A DNA stretch of 64,000 bases from NCBI GenBank assembly GCA_002633005.1, contig NMRA01000023.1:178580-242579 (forward strand), in the 5' to 3' direction. The notes beneath the pieces are model-generated. The model did not search any database and had not been told where the DNA came from. It saw only the letters and a list, made by a program, of their open reading frames with translations. The DNA comes from Phoronis australis. Its lineage: Eukaryota; Animalia; Phoronida. Position 1 is the stretch's first letter. The number at the start of each line of letters is the position of its first letter. This document shows, in pieces, positions 52,422 through 64,000 of the stretch. Position numbers and translations under genes: made by a program.

Positions 52422-54359
52422 CTGGAATACAGATATCTCACTATGTTAACATTCTACCTGCAAGCTCGTGCATTTAATCAGTCTGTGCCTAATTTTTGTA
52501 CTGTCACATACTTTGTATACATGTAGTGAGCTCCTGCATCCAGAAATGCGTTCCTATCTACGTCTGTCTAAGAAATTATAGTATCTGTCTGCACATCCAA
52601 ACAAAAGAGTCGAAGCATTTGTCCCTTGCTATCTTACATGACCTTAGATGGTAGTTTCACAAAACATCAACCTTAATTAGAGTGCTTGAACCACAGGTTT
52701 TAATTTAGACACGGTGGATTAAACAGCACCTTCCAGCTTTGCAGCTGTAATAGATAGTCTTTCTTGCAGACAACATTCTGTTTCAGATGTCAGACTATAC
52801 ACTACTTAGACTACCATCACGCTGTAAGAGAAATACGTGTATTGTTGGCTTAACTATTTCCATACTGTCATGAGCTTCGGAAGGTTGTGGAACAACTTGA
52901 CAATTGACGCGAAATGGGTTTTTCACAAATAGAGAGAGAATGCCCATTAAAGGCCTTTCGGAACAGTACGCCAAAAAAGCTAGATTCCACCAAAGATAAC
53001 GCCATACAGTAAGAGTAGAGCTGCTGCCACAAATAACGTGCCATTACGCGGAATTCCGTAGAACGGTTTTAAAATGCATATTAGTATTCTGAGTACACTT
53101 GAAGTACATTAATTTAGCTACAGTGCTCGGCAATGCTATTTCAGATTGAGATTGGCAACCTGGGAAAAAGCAATTAGCCACCACGTCGCCACAGCAAGTA
53201 GAGAAGGTTGACAATGATTCAGCCGAAATTTGCTTCAAAATCTATAAAGTCCAAACAATTAATGACATATTTCCTAAATTTAATACCTTTGGTTCACAAT
53301 TGTTGTGCTAATGTCGTGAAATCACCCTCAACAGTCAGCACATATCAAACGTGCTTAAAACACGACAGTAAGTAAGCAGGCAGAAATAGAAATTGTTCGG
53401 CACAAATCGGACAAGTACGCCTTCGGTGTTTCCGATCGTTTGCACTCTGCGCAGGTAAAAGGCGTTCATTTAGATTTTGCAAACAAAAATACGACTCGCA
53501 AATATATTTGAATAAATTGTGGATTGCGGGAAATATGTTACGTGATCGGACAGTCTAATATCAGTAACCCCTCTTAAAGTCAGGGACAAGAAGCAACCGC
53601 AGGTATTCTGGCGCGACGATGTGTTGCCAAAGCGTAGTGTGCTCCACATTGCACAGTGAATGGTGTTTGAGGGAGAATTATAACAGGTTGTGTAATTTAG
53701 AATGAATAACAGTGACAGCAGCACGGCGTTTTTTTATGTTTTTCTATTTTTTATCATTTTGGTCGGCGACCTTCGACCTCATGTTTGGTGTCCGCACCTC
53801 ACTTTTCGCTTGGCGACCTGAGATTTTTGCTTCAGTAGGTCACATTTGGTGAGCCAAGCGTCGAGCACAAAATTGCGAACCATAAATTTCCAAATCACTA
53901 ACACGTCTCTCTAAGAGATCCCTCAATTCCTAGCCCACGTTTGTTTTCACGTGGTGCACCTTGGTGGACTTTCCAAAACTGAAATGTAGGCTTTTGCCAA
54001 CTCCTTCACGCCATCGTTAAAGGCTAAGGCAACCTTTTTTCATGTCATTTTAAGCTAAAATAAGGTTGGTTGGTTATCCTAGACATATTTTCCACTTAAT
54101 TACAGCTCTTCGTAATTTTATTAATTACTCGTCCTCTACTCCGGAAGTGACGTTTTAGGAGGCAAGTGTTTCCCGCCACTTGGTTTTGCGTTGAGTTTAC
54201 CGTGCGAATCTGTTTTATTCTACTTTTGTTTTGTGCTGTTTTTCAACAATTGTCCCCACCACTTTCCATCGGCGAGTATTCTGCGGCAAGATAGGTTAGT
54301 AGAGAACTCAACTACGTTGGATTTAGGGATTGTTTAGTGTGTTGTAAGCTGAAAACGGC

Positions 54360-54655
54360 TGGAGTCGGTGACCCGTATCACAGTGACAGTAGTGTCAGTG
54401 ACGGAGACCTTGTTCACAGCAGTGGTGACGAGGAATTTTTTCACGGACATTCGGTGGGTACATGTTTGAGCCCGAGTATAACGAGGCAGAGTACGCACAG
54501 GCACAAGCAGCTGTTGAGAGAAACGAGGCAGCTACTGACAGACGTGGTGACACATCTTGGTGCAAATGCACTGTGTGCGTTGTTATGCCTACCTCAATGG
54601 AATGCTTGCGCTGTTCAGAGTTCGAAGAGGCCAAGCCACTACTGGACACGGTTAA
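54360..54655 (+). pseudogene. KolX-like / P2X7 C-terminal (ballast)-like Cys-cluster protein, truncated
   Basis: Acidic leader, then YMFEPEY...RRGDTSWCKCTVCVVMPTSMECLRCSE (WCxCxxC..M.T..ECxxCxE pattern). Confidence 0.65.
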
Positions 54656-55443
54656 GTGGACCTCCGGCATACCACGGACAGAGGAACAACTGTCCCACTT
54701 GCCAGAGTATCCCGCGACACACTCCCACTGGATGGTGACCTGAACACCCAAACTGCTTACATCGTGTCGTGTGACTCCCTCGCCACACACCTGGCACCTT
54801 CGAAATAGCTCCAACACTTTAGACAAGTCCACAATAAACTTATCAAAGTTTGGCTCACCGATCTGTTCACTGGACGACGAACTGTTCTCTTCACTGGGTG
54901 TCGAACTGGGCCTGTAATCATTCCCACTACTCAATATCGCTGCAGGGCTGCTTAGAGGCTCTAGGCTGGAGAAAACAGCACAGGGCGAATCACTACAGGT
55001 TCCAGGAATGGCACGCTCTGGGGTACGCTCGTAGGCACGGGTGACAGTGGATGAAGTGCCTCCACTGGCTCCAGTCACTGTACTGGCCACAGCTTGCGAG
55101 GCTTCTCTCTTCAAAATCGCACTTCTCGGGGGTGGCGATGGGGCACTGCCGGGAATCAACACAAACAGAATGGCATCCTTCTTCAGGCATTTTTTCGCAG
55201 GGACCTTCATCAGTTCAGCGTACAAATCCCTTTCGTAATCGGACGGCAGAAAGTGCTTGCCACACACACACGGTAATCCTCGACTGCTTTGTACGTTGCG
55301 TGGACGGGTAACGCTGCGTTCTTCAAACGAACTAGCCAAGTACGGCGAAGTGTGTCATCCATCGGAAAGCGATGCTAAGGTACTCCCAAAGCGTGCGTTA
55401 GACGATAATTAGTACATCCCGGTACGCAGCAATAGTGTGGCAT
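54650..55443 (-). pseudogene. THAP-domain transposase N-terminus (Kolobok-like)
   Basis: ATG at 55443: MPHYCCVPGCTN..P*HRFP..RRTWL..RVC/GKHF..LKKDAI (C2CH THAP), with one stop and one frameshift in a GT run. Downstream KFIVDLSKVLELFRRCQVC..WEC..W segment. DDE core deleted. Confidence 0.75.
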
Positions 55444-56132
55444 GTTGACTGACTAGTAAATGAAAGCAAGCGACGACGTAACTTATCACAACCGAGGTAG
55501 AACAATGACTTACTCGGCAGCTCTCACAGTCAGACTATATGAAAAAAAATTGGCGCGAAATGCTTGCCTCCTAAAACGTCACTTCCGGAGTAGCGGACGA
55601 GTAATTAACAAAATTACGAAAAGCTGCAATTAAGTGGAAAATATGTCTAGGATAACCAACAAACCTTATTTTAGCTCAAAATGACATGAAAAAAGGTTGC
55701 CTTCGCCTTTAACTACAATCATGTATTCAACTGACTAGTAGGATGCATAACTTAAACATCCGATGTCGGATAGCGCATGTGCGAGACTATATGGATTACC
55801 AAAGTATCAAGGCACGGCACAAACGAGAGTAAGTGCATTCTGAAACACATCTAAGCACGTAGTGTGTATTGCCTGCTTGATGCTTGTTTGATGTAAGCCG
55901 TTTAAAGAGCATAGGAATCGGTTCAGGTTGTAAATGAGGGCATGGTTGTCTGCGCAGGCCTTGGCTGGTATGCATCAAAGTGAATAGTCAGCTGTGGCTT
56001 TTAGAAAACTGCATGAGGGACTGCCATATTTTGTGAATGTCACTCCTAACACTTGAAAGGTGACTGATACAGCAATAAATTTCTGTCCTTGGATCGTGAC
56101 AACTTACATGAAGTTGACAACACTACACATAC

Positions 56133-56220
56133 CTACAAAATTCAGGTCCGTAATCTGTCAGACGCATGCACGTTCCTCCGTTGAAACAGAATATCTGAAG
56201 CGGGCACCGGGTTGGCCATC
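56133..56220 (-). CDS. Exon 1 of the visible EGF-LDLa-Ig-EGF-Ig gene: N-half of EGF domain 1 (xWPTRCPLQIFCFNGGTCMRLTDYGPEFCR)
   Basis: Acceptor tgtgttatag|GA, donor AG|gtatgt, 88 nt, phase 1->2. Carries EGF Cys1-4 with the CFNGGTC motif. Paralogous to 43617-43701. Confidence 0.85.
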
Positions 56221-58779
56221 CTATAACACAAAGAACCGCATGTTGAGAATGTCATGAGAACAACATTCCTGCACATGTACTCGCACTGAATTACACTGAG
56301 CCTAAACCAAACAAAATTGAAACCTTTTTGCATTACATTGTAGGCTGCGTTGCACTGATGAAATGAACTGGGGAATTTGGAGTCTTGGTATTGCTACGAA
56401 ATCTAGCCAAGTCATAGACATCTCAGCAGCGGACGCGGCATGAAGATCCCTTTGCCCTTTACCCTCTAATGTGGGAAGTTGTGATTCACAACGAACCACG
56501 TTTGTTTTTGGTCTTGTATAAGACTTTCTGGGCTATAAATAGAATATTATTGACGAGTCTGTGCATATGGTCAAAGTATATTTATTTATACTACTTTGTA
56601 CCAGCCGAGGACTAGTGATGCGCATGCGGTGGTGAGAATACCTCACTTTCTGAAGTGCACAAGGCCTTATTTTGCGAAATGGAAATTCCTCAGAGAATAA
56701 GTTGGACAGTACTCAAATCGTAATTGGTTTCTCATCAAGGTGGGAGCATAAGCATGGTGGCAAGCTCTCAAAACTTATGGAGAAGGCCAAATGACATCTT
56801 AGATGCTCTCGTTGGAAAGCAAGATTGCTGAGTTTCCAGTTAGACTGCTTCTCAATTGCGCCAGTATACAAGATTTTGGACAGTGCGCACCCTGTTGGCC
56901 AGCCACATCTTACAGGATGCTGCTCAGGCAGTTAGGAGACCTATCTGCTTTGTGATCACTACCCATTTTCAGATATATGTTTCATGGCAAACGCCGTAAA
57001 TAATTACGTCGTAAAGTAATTATTTGTAACGTAAAGTAATTATTTGCGGCAAAAAAGTTTTTATTTGCGTGGTAAAGTAATTTTTAGGGCAAATAATTAC
57101 TTTAGGCCGCAAATAAATAGTTTAAGCTTTAAACGATAACTTTACACCGCGAATAAATACTTAACGCCACAAATAATTCATTTACTCCTCTAACGAGATT
57201 TAATTTATACACGTAATTTAACGATTTAATGTTCACCCATTTGACCAGTTATAGCAAAGTGCCGTTTTTTGTTTTAGTCTAACGGAAAAGTGTCACGTCG
57301 GAAATATCATAATACGCGATTGTCGCAGTTAAAAAGTATCATAACGCAGCACATTTGTGATTCTGTTGTGGAATGGTGGGGTACATGTGCAATTCAAAAC
57401 GTGGGATAGGAATTCATAAAACTACATGTACTTCAAAAGTGTCTCATTCAGCTTCCCAACTCTCTTACGAACGTGTTATTCTTGGACTTCAACATTTTGG
57501 TTTTATTAGCCAAACAGTACATTTACAAGGAGAGATGTCACAAAAATATGTCTAATTTTTACAAGTATATTACAAATACTTATGAGTACTGTAATACTGA
57601 AAATTAATTGCATATAAAAATATTTTGTATATGACAGCTTCTCTGCGAAATGGGAAAATTATATTGTTCACGTTAACTCTATGTACATGTAGCAGTTGTT
57701 TACTTTATAAGAGATACGAGAATTGTCTCTTCTGAGGTGTGCATGCGTGAATGAATGAATGTATTTATTTGCTTGTTCGTTTTTGTACTTATTTATCAAT
57801 GATAATAGATACTGAAAAAACTGAGATAGTCCGCCATGAGCGGGACAATTGGCGAGGATAATGTACGCAGTTAGCAACACACAGCATTGGCTTGGATTTT
57901 TACCAGGCAACACTTTAATTTTCTAAATTTCATAACATTCATTACTCAGAAATTGAATTAACAAGACACTACGGTATCTGGGCAACGCGTCAACATTGCT
58001 ACGCAAATACGAGTAGCTTTTCGAAAATCACGTAAACACACCTGCTAGTAGGGGCTAAACTCTTCATTTATAATTGCTGAACAGTCAGAAAGCAAATGTC
58101 ACTTTGTCATGTGATTTCATCACCCAAAAATGTCTTGTTGAAAAACTCTTTGCTTGTAGTTTTATAGCTTGTCGAATGTGATTTTGAGACTGGAGATGAA
58201 AAGATATAAGAGATCAGACTATTCCCGGTATCCAGCAAGGGCCACAGATCGATACGTATGTTAAAGAATGATCAATGCAATTGTCGTGTTAGTTGACTAT
58301 TTTGCCGCTAAATCGCTGGTTTTCTAGAACCGTAGCTCAAGAGTCTTCTTTCGTGAACAAAAATGTCTAAATGAAAGTGAAGCTAAGCAATTCGCCTGGA
58401 TTTGATGTCTACAGCACTCGCTCAAAACTCAGTCGAGCAGACCGATGAGCTATCATAAATTTCACCAAGTAATAATCTGAAAATTGGTGTCCTCAGAGTT
58501 AAAACACCGCGCAAGTCCTCAGATTTACAACCAATTACAAGCCAAACTCATTAATAATTTAATAAAATTTACATTTACTTCAATTTAATGAGTAACTTTA
58601 AATTTTCGTTAATTCAATGTGAGTATCAAGTAAAAATTTTAAAAATTTATAACGTAAAGTAATTAACGACTCCAACCAATAAAATTATAGGTCTTTTGCA
58701 ATTCATGTTGGGCTGTGATCTCCTACATAGAATATTATGTGTCTCCGTATGCGTAGATGTACTTGAATACTGCACTGTA

Positions 58780-60114
58780 AATCAGGTTCCCAAAAAGTGA
58801 ACCGCTCTTTGACAAAAAAATTTCTCATCAACTGACCAACTAAAGTCGTACGAAATTTTCACGAGGTATTTTCAGGGTGTCATCAAGAAGTATGGACGTA
58901 CTGTGAAATTCAAAACCGCGGGATGAAAATGCAATATCACTGGGATTTCTATCGTGTTCCTACTATTCTGGCATCTGCAAGTCAAAAAATGCCTGCCTGG
59001 GTCTCAAGTCTAGTGTTTTTCTATTGTCAGATCTGTATCCAAATCAGTTATGCCAATATTCCGGATTGTCATGTTGCCTTTGAGTTAAAGTGATCAATTT
59101 AAAATTGAAAACTGTTTTAAGGAGAATGGATGAAGCGGAAGAAGAATCGTAAGGGAGTTCTCAGGAAAAGGGTGGAGTTGTGCCACTGTAAATAGACGTA
59201 TAGCTAAAATATGCAACACATGGTCACTGCGTAGAAGTGGCAGTGGGAGACCTAAAACTGCACGTTCGAAAGAAAACGAGGTTCGTGTTGAGGAACTGAT
59301 TCATTCTCAGGAGGACAACAAATTTGTGAGAGAACCCGCAAGGGATTTACAACTGAACACGTCTTCTGTGCAAGTATGGCGAAAAAAACAGGAGTTATAA
59401 CCCTTCAAAAGATCAAAATATTAGAGGGGAAAGAAAAACTCGATGCCGCTACTTGCATGACCGCTATTCAGTCACTGATGTGAAAAGATTCATTTTCACT
59501 GATGAAAAAGACTTTACGCTAGAAATCGCTAAAAATTGCCAAAACGATCGTCTTAATAGGAAACAAAAGCGAGAAATTCAGCCTTCTTGACTCTATCATC
59601 AGACTTCCGGATTTTCCAAAAAGTACTGGTGTCCTCTGTAGTATCTTGTGAAGGAAAAACAAATGTTCGTTTTATTGGCACTGATAGAGCCAAAGTTAAC
59701 GGTCAACAATTCATGTAGTTATTGGATGAAAATCTTTTCCCGGATTGCAGCCGACATTGCCCTTGAAACAATTATTGTTTCAGTAAGATGAACTCCTTCA
59801 CACACAAGCAAGATAGCCTAGACTCTCATGCAGGTGGCCACACCAAAATTCATCAAAAAGAATAAGTGGATGATTATGTCATGGGAGGAAATATCGATGG
59901 AAGAAATACGTGTACGGACAAGCATTTCTGGTTGGAAGAAATGGCCCCGTTTAGTCGTGGAGTACTCGCATAAGTGGACACATATCTCTTTAACATTTTG
60001 TACACTTGTTGGTGATATCCTTAGGGTCATCTGTAAGAAATTTCAAAAACATAGTTTATTCATCGCTGAGACATCACATGTCATAACGTGACTCACTTTT
60101 TGGGACACCTGATA
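58780..60114 (+). mobile_element. Tc1/mariner-superfamily element, decayed
   Basis: TIR ATCAGG(TG)TCCCAAAAAGTGA with flanking TA. Transposase relics SGRPKTAR, FIFTDEKDF, NCQNDR, AKVN and PSHTSK. Confidence 0.8.
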
Positions 60115-61824
60115 TATGTTGTTTATGTAGAGTTACATGTATCGGTAAGGCCCTTGACGCAGCTTAACTAGTGGGAGGGAAATCTGTATACACAACGACG
60201 ACTCTCAGCTCTATGATCCCAAGATCAGACGGAGTTCGTAATACCAGAAATGCGGATCATGGCCCTGACGGTTGCTCACGAAAAACGGGACCCAAATTCG
60301 CATGTAATGTGGTCCAGAAAGAGAACGTTCCCGCGTTACCCCCTGCCAAACTTTCAAACCGGGCGTGCTTAAATGAGTGATAACACTCGGACGGAAATAT
60401 CTAATCGGAGAATAATAGACTTGAATATTTTAGTCTGGTTGTATTTTGCGTGTTACTTAACTTGCTTACATCGCTGGAAATGGGAAGAGCCCACAATCCT
60501 AAAGTTTCACTACGAGGTTCACTATTCCGAAGGTTCAGTAACTCCGAAGAGATATAAAATTGTGGACTTGGGTGTATCAGATATACTTTTACCTGCAAAA
60601 ATAAACTACACTTCGGTTATTAGATGCACTAAGTGGTGTACTATGATCAAACAACGCCCAGATTTCATGCGTATGCGAAATTTCCCGCATGTCCTTCGAA
60701 TACGGAAACGGAGTACGTTCCCAAAATTTTAAACGGACATAGTAGGAATATTGCTGTATTATCAACCCCAGTTTATTCATCACCGAGATTATGTGCAACT
60801 AGTGGCCACGTGTTGCAAGCGGAAAATGCAATGTCTCATTGAATTTCACTTTTGAATAACCATTATTGTTGTTATGTGTCTTCCTTTTAGTTCGTTACAG
60901 GAAGTGTTTTCCATATCCATGTAGTGATGAATGCTGTACTCATAGCATTCTAAATTCCAATTTTAACTGACAACCTGTATGCCACAATTTCTTTTCACTT
61001 GGCTGTCAGTGAATTACGTAATTCATAGTGTGTCGTTATGTTTGAAATGTTTCACTATGTCGACATTTAGGATCTGGACATGTCGAAAGTAATCCGGTCA
61101 AACTGACAAAACTAAGTCAAGTACCCACAGTGTTTTTTCGGACTGGACGTACTGTACTTAAGGTCGTTTTACATAGTACACGTCATGGTCAAATGAAGTA
61201 TCTCAGCAAAAATCAAAAGATCACTCAGAGGCAGTCCGGCACACTTTTGTACTGGCTGGGCTCTGCGAAGTTCTGCCAAAAGTGTATAATTCTCTGACAG
61301 TGTTACAAACTACCTATCATTTTTCAGGAAGTAGAACAACAAAGCAGACTCTGCAAGAACTGCACAGGCAAAGAAGAAGAATACGCAGTTTAGGGAGGAA
61401 GACTGGCTGACATCACACCAGAATAAATGTTACTTTTCACGCTTGGCAGCCTTGAACGGAACTGGGAAATGGTCAAATTAGAGAAATAGTGATGCTGACA
61501 GTCAGTGATGTCCAGGAATACTCCTGATTTTATCTTCAGCCGAATATTGTGCAATCTGTCGGATTGCCTGAGTGATTGAACCAGTTGTTGTTGATGTGAT
61601 ATTATAGAAACTGAAGCAAATGCAAAATGCAATGCAGCAACACTTAGTCAGTCAGATTTAGTCAGTAAAATTAGAATATTCAGTCGGTATCCAATTATAT
61701 TTTAATACTTTGGTATTTCACGTTTCACCTTTCAAATTTATATTACACTCAACCTCACTTAACTAAAAACCGAGGTTTTATCTGAGTGTTGACTTATGTA
61801 GGTGGTGACTTAGGCAGTCTGGTG

Positions 61825-62360
61825 AGTTACATGTACTATACGTGATGACAAGTTGAGGGAGAGTCCCAGTATTTTGAAAGATCAGCTTTGGGAATGTCAT
61901 ACTTGAACCAGTTCACTGGCATTTTGATCAAAGGACACGTTCAGATATCTCGTTTTTTTTCTTCATGCTACTTTGTGCCACTTAACTGGGTGACCAATGT
62001 TAAACCTGATGGCAGTCACATTAAATATCATTTTTGTCTTTAAAGTGGTCCATCATTATTTTTGCAGAATGACTAGTTACGTGTACGGTATGTGATGATG
62101 AGTTAAGGGAGATGCAGCGGTCACCTGTATTTTGAATGGTTAACTTCAGGATCCTAATGCTTGAGCCACTTCATTGGCATTTAGATCAGTTTTAACTGTA
62201 TGAAAGTATTAAAATACTTTTATATATCTCGTTTTTTCCATGATACTTTGTATAAATTAACTGGGTGATGAGTGCTTTAACAGATTCTAGTTGCATTAAA
62301 TATCACCTTTTACTTTAAAGTGGTCCAACATTGTATACAGACTGATGAGTTACGTGTGCA
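61825..62360. repeat. Diverged tandem duplication (~250-bp unit)
   Basis: Two colinear copies sharing GTATTTTGAA, ATATCTCGTTTTTT, TTAACTGGGTGA and CTTTAAAGTGGTCCA. Confidence 0.75.
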
Positions 62361-64000
62361 CCATAATCAATTGTCAAAGTCACGAGGTTTTGACCAAAAT
62401 GTGTCGAAGCAAAGTGAATGCAGTTAATGGACGCGAAGCGAATCCAACGGAGTCTGCACATTACAAGTAGTGATATGATGTCTCTTGTGGGGATCTCGTG
62501 ATGTCATCAACGTCGTTATACCGTGCCGGTCGTCATCCGGAGGAACGGGCACTTAGACAAGACCTGGTCTGAGAGAGTGCTGCTGCTGGTGGTTTATAAG
62601 ACGCGCGATGAGGTTCCCTGGGAGCAGAGTGGTACACCACCACCTAAAATGGCCGTTGTTTCGAGTGACAGCTGATTTCTGCATCATGGGTACTTAATCA
62701 AATGCCACTATATGCAATGAGGTTTCTGAGAGAACACCGCCCACTTTAAAGGCCATGGTGCCAAAATGACTATTTTTATATCTAAAATATGTATTTTGAT
62801 GAAAACACCAACATACGGTGTCATAGCATACCCCAGTTATTAATTAAGTAGGCCTTGACAATATAGTAGGCTCGTGACGAACCCCGTTTACCGCAAAAAA
62901 CTTGAAATGGCGCTTGCACCAATCGAAGTCTACAACATCATCGTTACAACGATTCTGGCTTTCACCGTGTCACCATAGTATTGGAATAAGCGATGACTGG
63001 CAGTTTAATTTAGTGCAAAATACGTGGAAAATCGGGGAAACACATTAATTCTTCATTTGATGTCAATTAATATTAAAATTGATCAAAATCATTACTTTTA
63101 GTATTTTTTATCCAATTATTTAGCATATTCTTATACGGGCCCGTATGGGAATCCCCGGGAGGGTGACTGGGGTCGCCGAAACAGTCTGAAAAAACGCTTC
63201 TTCTGAATCGTTATCAGGCACTTTTTACACTGCTTATTATGAAGTGTAGTTTGCTTGATCCAAAAAATTTCATGTTAGGAACCTTGCATCCATGTCTTCT
63301 TGAAGCCGAAGGTATGAACGCTGCGCGATTCCAGTCCGGGCCGCTGTCGAGTGTTTTTCTTGTACTGGGATCGGTGACAATAGGCTGTTTAATATGGTGC
63401 AAAATACGTGGCAACGTTAAAACATATAATTAGCTTGATATTTTCTTACAAAGCAGTTATGTTCGAATTCACTGAAAATTTTATATGAGAAACTTAATTT
63501 TCAAAATAATTCGCCTTAAAATCCTGTAACCTGTAGCCGCCGCCGTTTTGACTTGGTCAACCTCAAAACATTGAAAATTAAATAGCAACACAACGTTGGG
63601 AATATCAGTAATAAATTGAAACTATGAAATAAAGTCAGGATTGCATAAAAACATACCGCATTATAATGATTTGTAATCAATTGAACGTTCTAAATTCAAT
63701 CAAAAATAAATTCCGATATGGCCGCCAGTATCAGAATTCCGTTAGGCCTATGGGAAGGACCCAAATCAGAATATTCCGATTTGGGCCGGACTTCCTATAC
63801 GTCGGACCGGAACCCTCAGTAACAGGAACCGCTGAACTGTGCACTGTAGATCTTAATTGTAGGTTGCAAGCTAGCTGTTTGAAGACTATTGCCAAAATAC
63901 AACTACAACGGGGCTATGCGGAAAATTCTCCTCGCGGTGTCGCTGCTGTACTAGTGGTGATTGAATTACGCATGCGTGGCTGTCTGCATGTAAACAACAG

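Larger units (their letters stand above)
54021..55708. mobile_element. Kolobok-type DNA transposon, internally deleted
   Basis: ~155-bp imperfect TIRs (AGGCTAAGGCAACC...GGTTGCCTTCGCCT). TTAA on both sides (54017-20, 55709-12). Convergent THAP-transposase and Cys-cluster ORF relics inside. Confidence 0.85.

Noticed and set aside
54395-55339. 314-aa ORF as a functional gene
   Set aside because: It is a chimera: frameshifted THAP transposase remnant plus antisense read-through of the KolX-like relic across a deletion junction.
10644-56220. FREP-like gene joining the Ig/EGF exons to the fibrinogen domains
   Set aside because: The Ig/EGF exons are on the minus strand and the FReD exons on the plus strand, so they cannot be one transcript.

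Overview
AT-rich animal genomic DNA, probably from an invertebrate and possibly a lophotrochozoan; this is an inference from the TTAGGG-type repeats, frequent TACATGTA motifs and the TE repertoire. The ORF track is almost all noise, and the real coding content is spliced. The main gene is on the minus strand: 11 GT-AG exons between 56220 and 35686 splice phase-consistently into a stop-free 421-codon chain, EGF-LDLa-Ig-EGF-Ig. Both EGF domains look like ErbB/EGFR ligands (GxRC motif, phase-2 intron between Cys4 and Cys5), so this resembles an internally duplicated neuregulin/Vein-like gene with an added LDLa cassette. Its first and last exons were not found. On the plus strand are two paralogous terminal exons encoding fibrinogen-related domains, one intact and one disrupted. 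The rest is TE debris: Kolobok-type elements (THAP plus a KolX/P2X7-ballast-like Cys cluster, TTAA TSD), two Penelope-like relics, an ISL2EU/Harbinger transposase, a Harbinger Myb/SANT relic, a hAT relic, a Tc1/mariner element, a clean solo LTR, MITEs with 5-bp TSDs and a Helitron-like array rich in CTCF-like motifs. There are also an interstitial telomere-like tract, microsatellites and hairpins. All domain calls come from manual motif reading; no database search was run.
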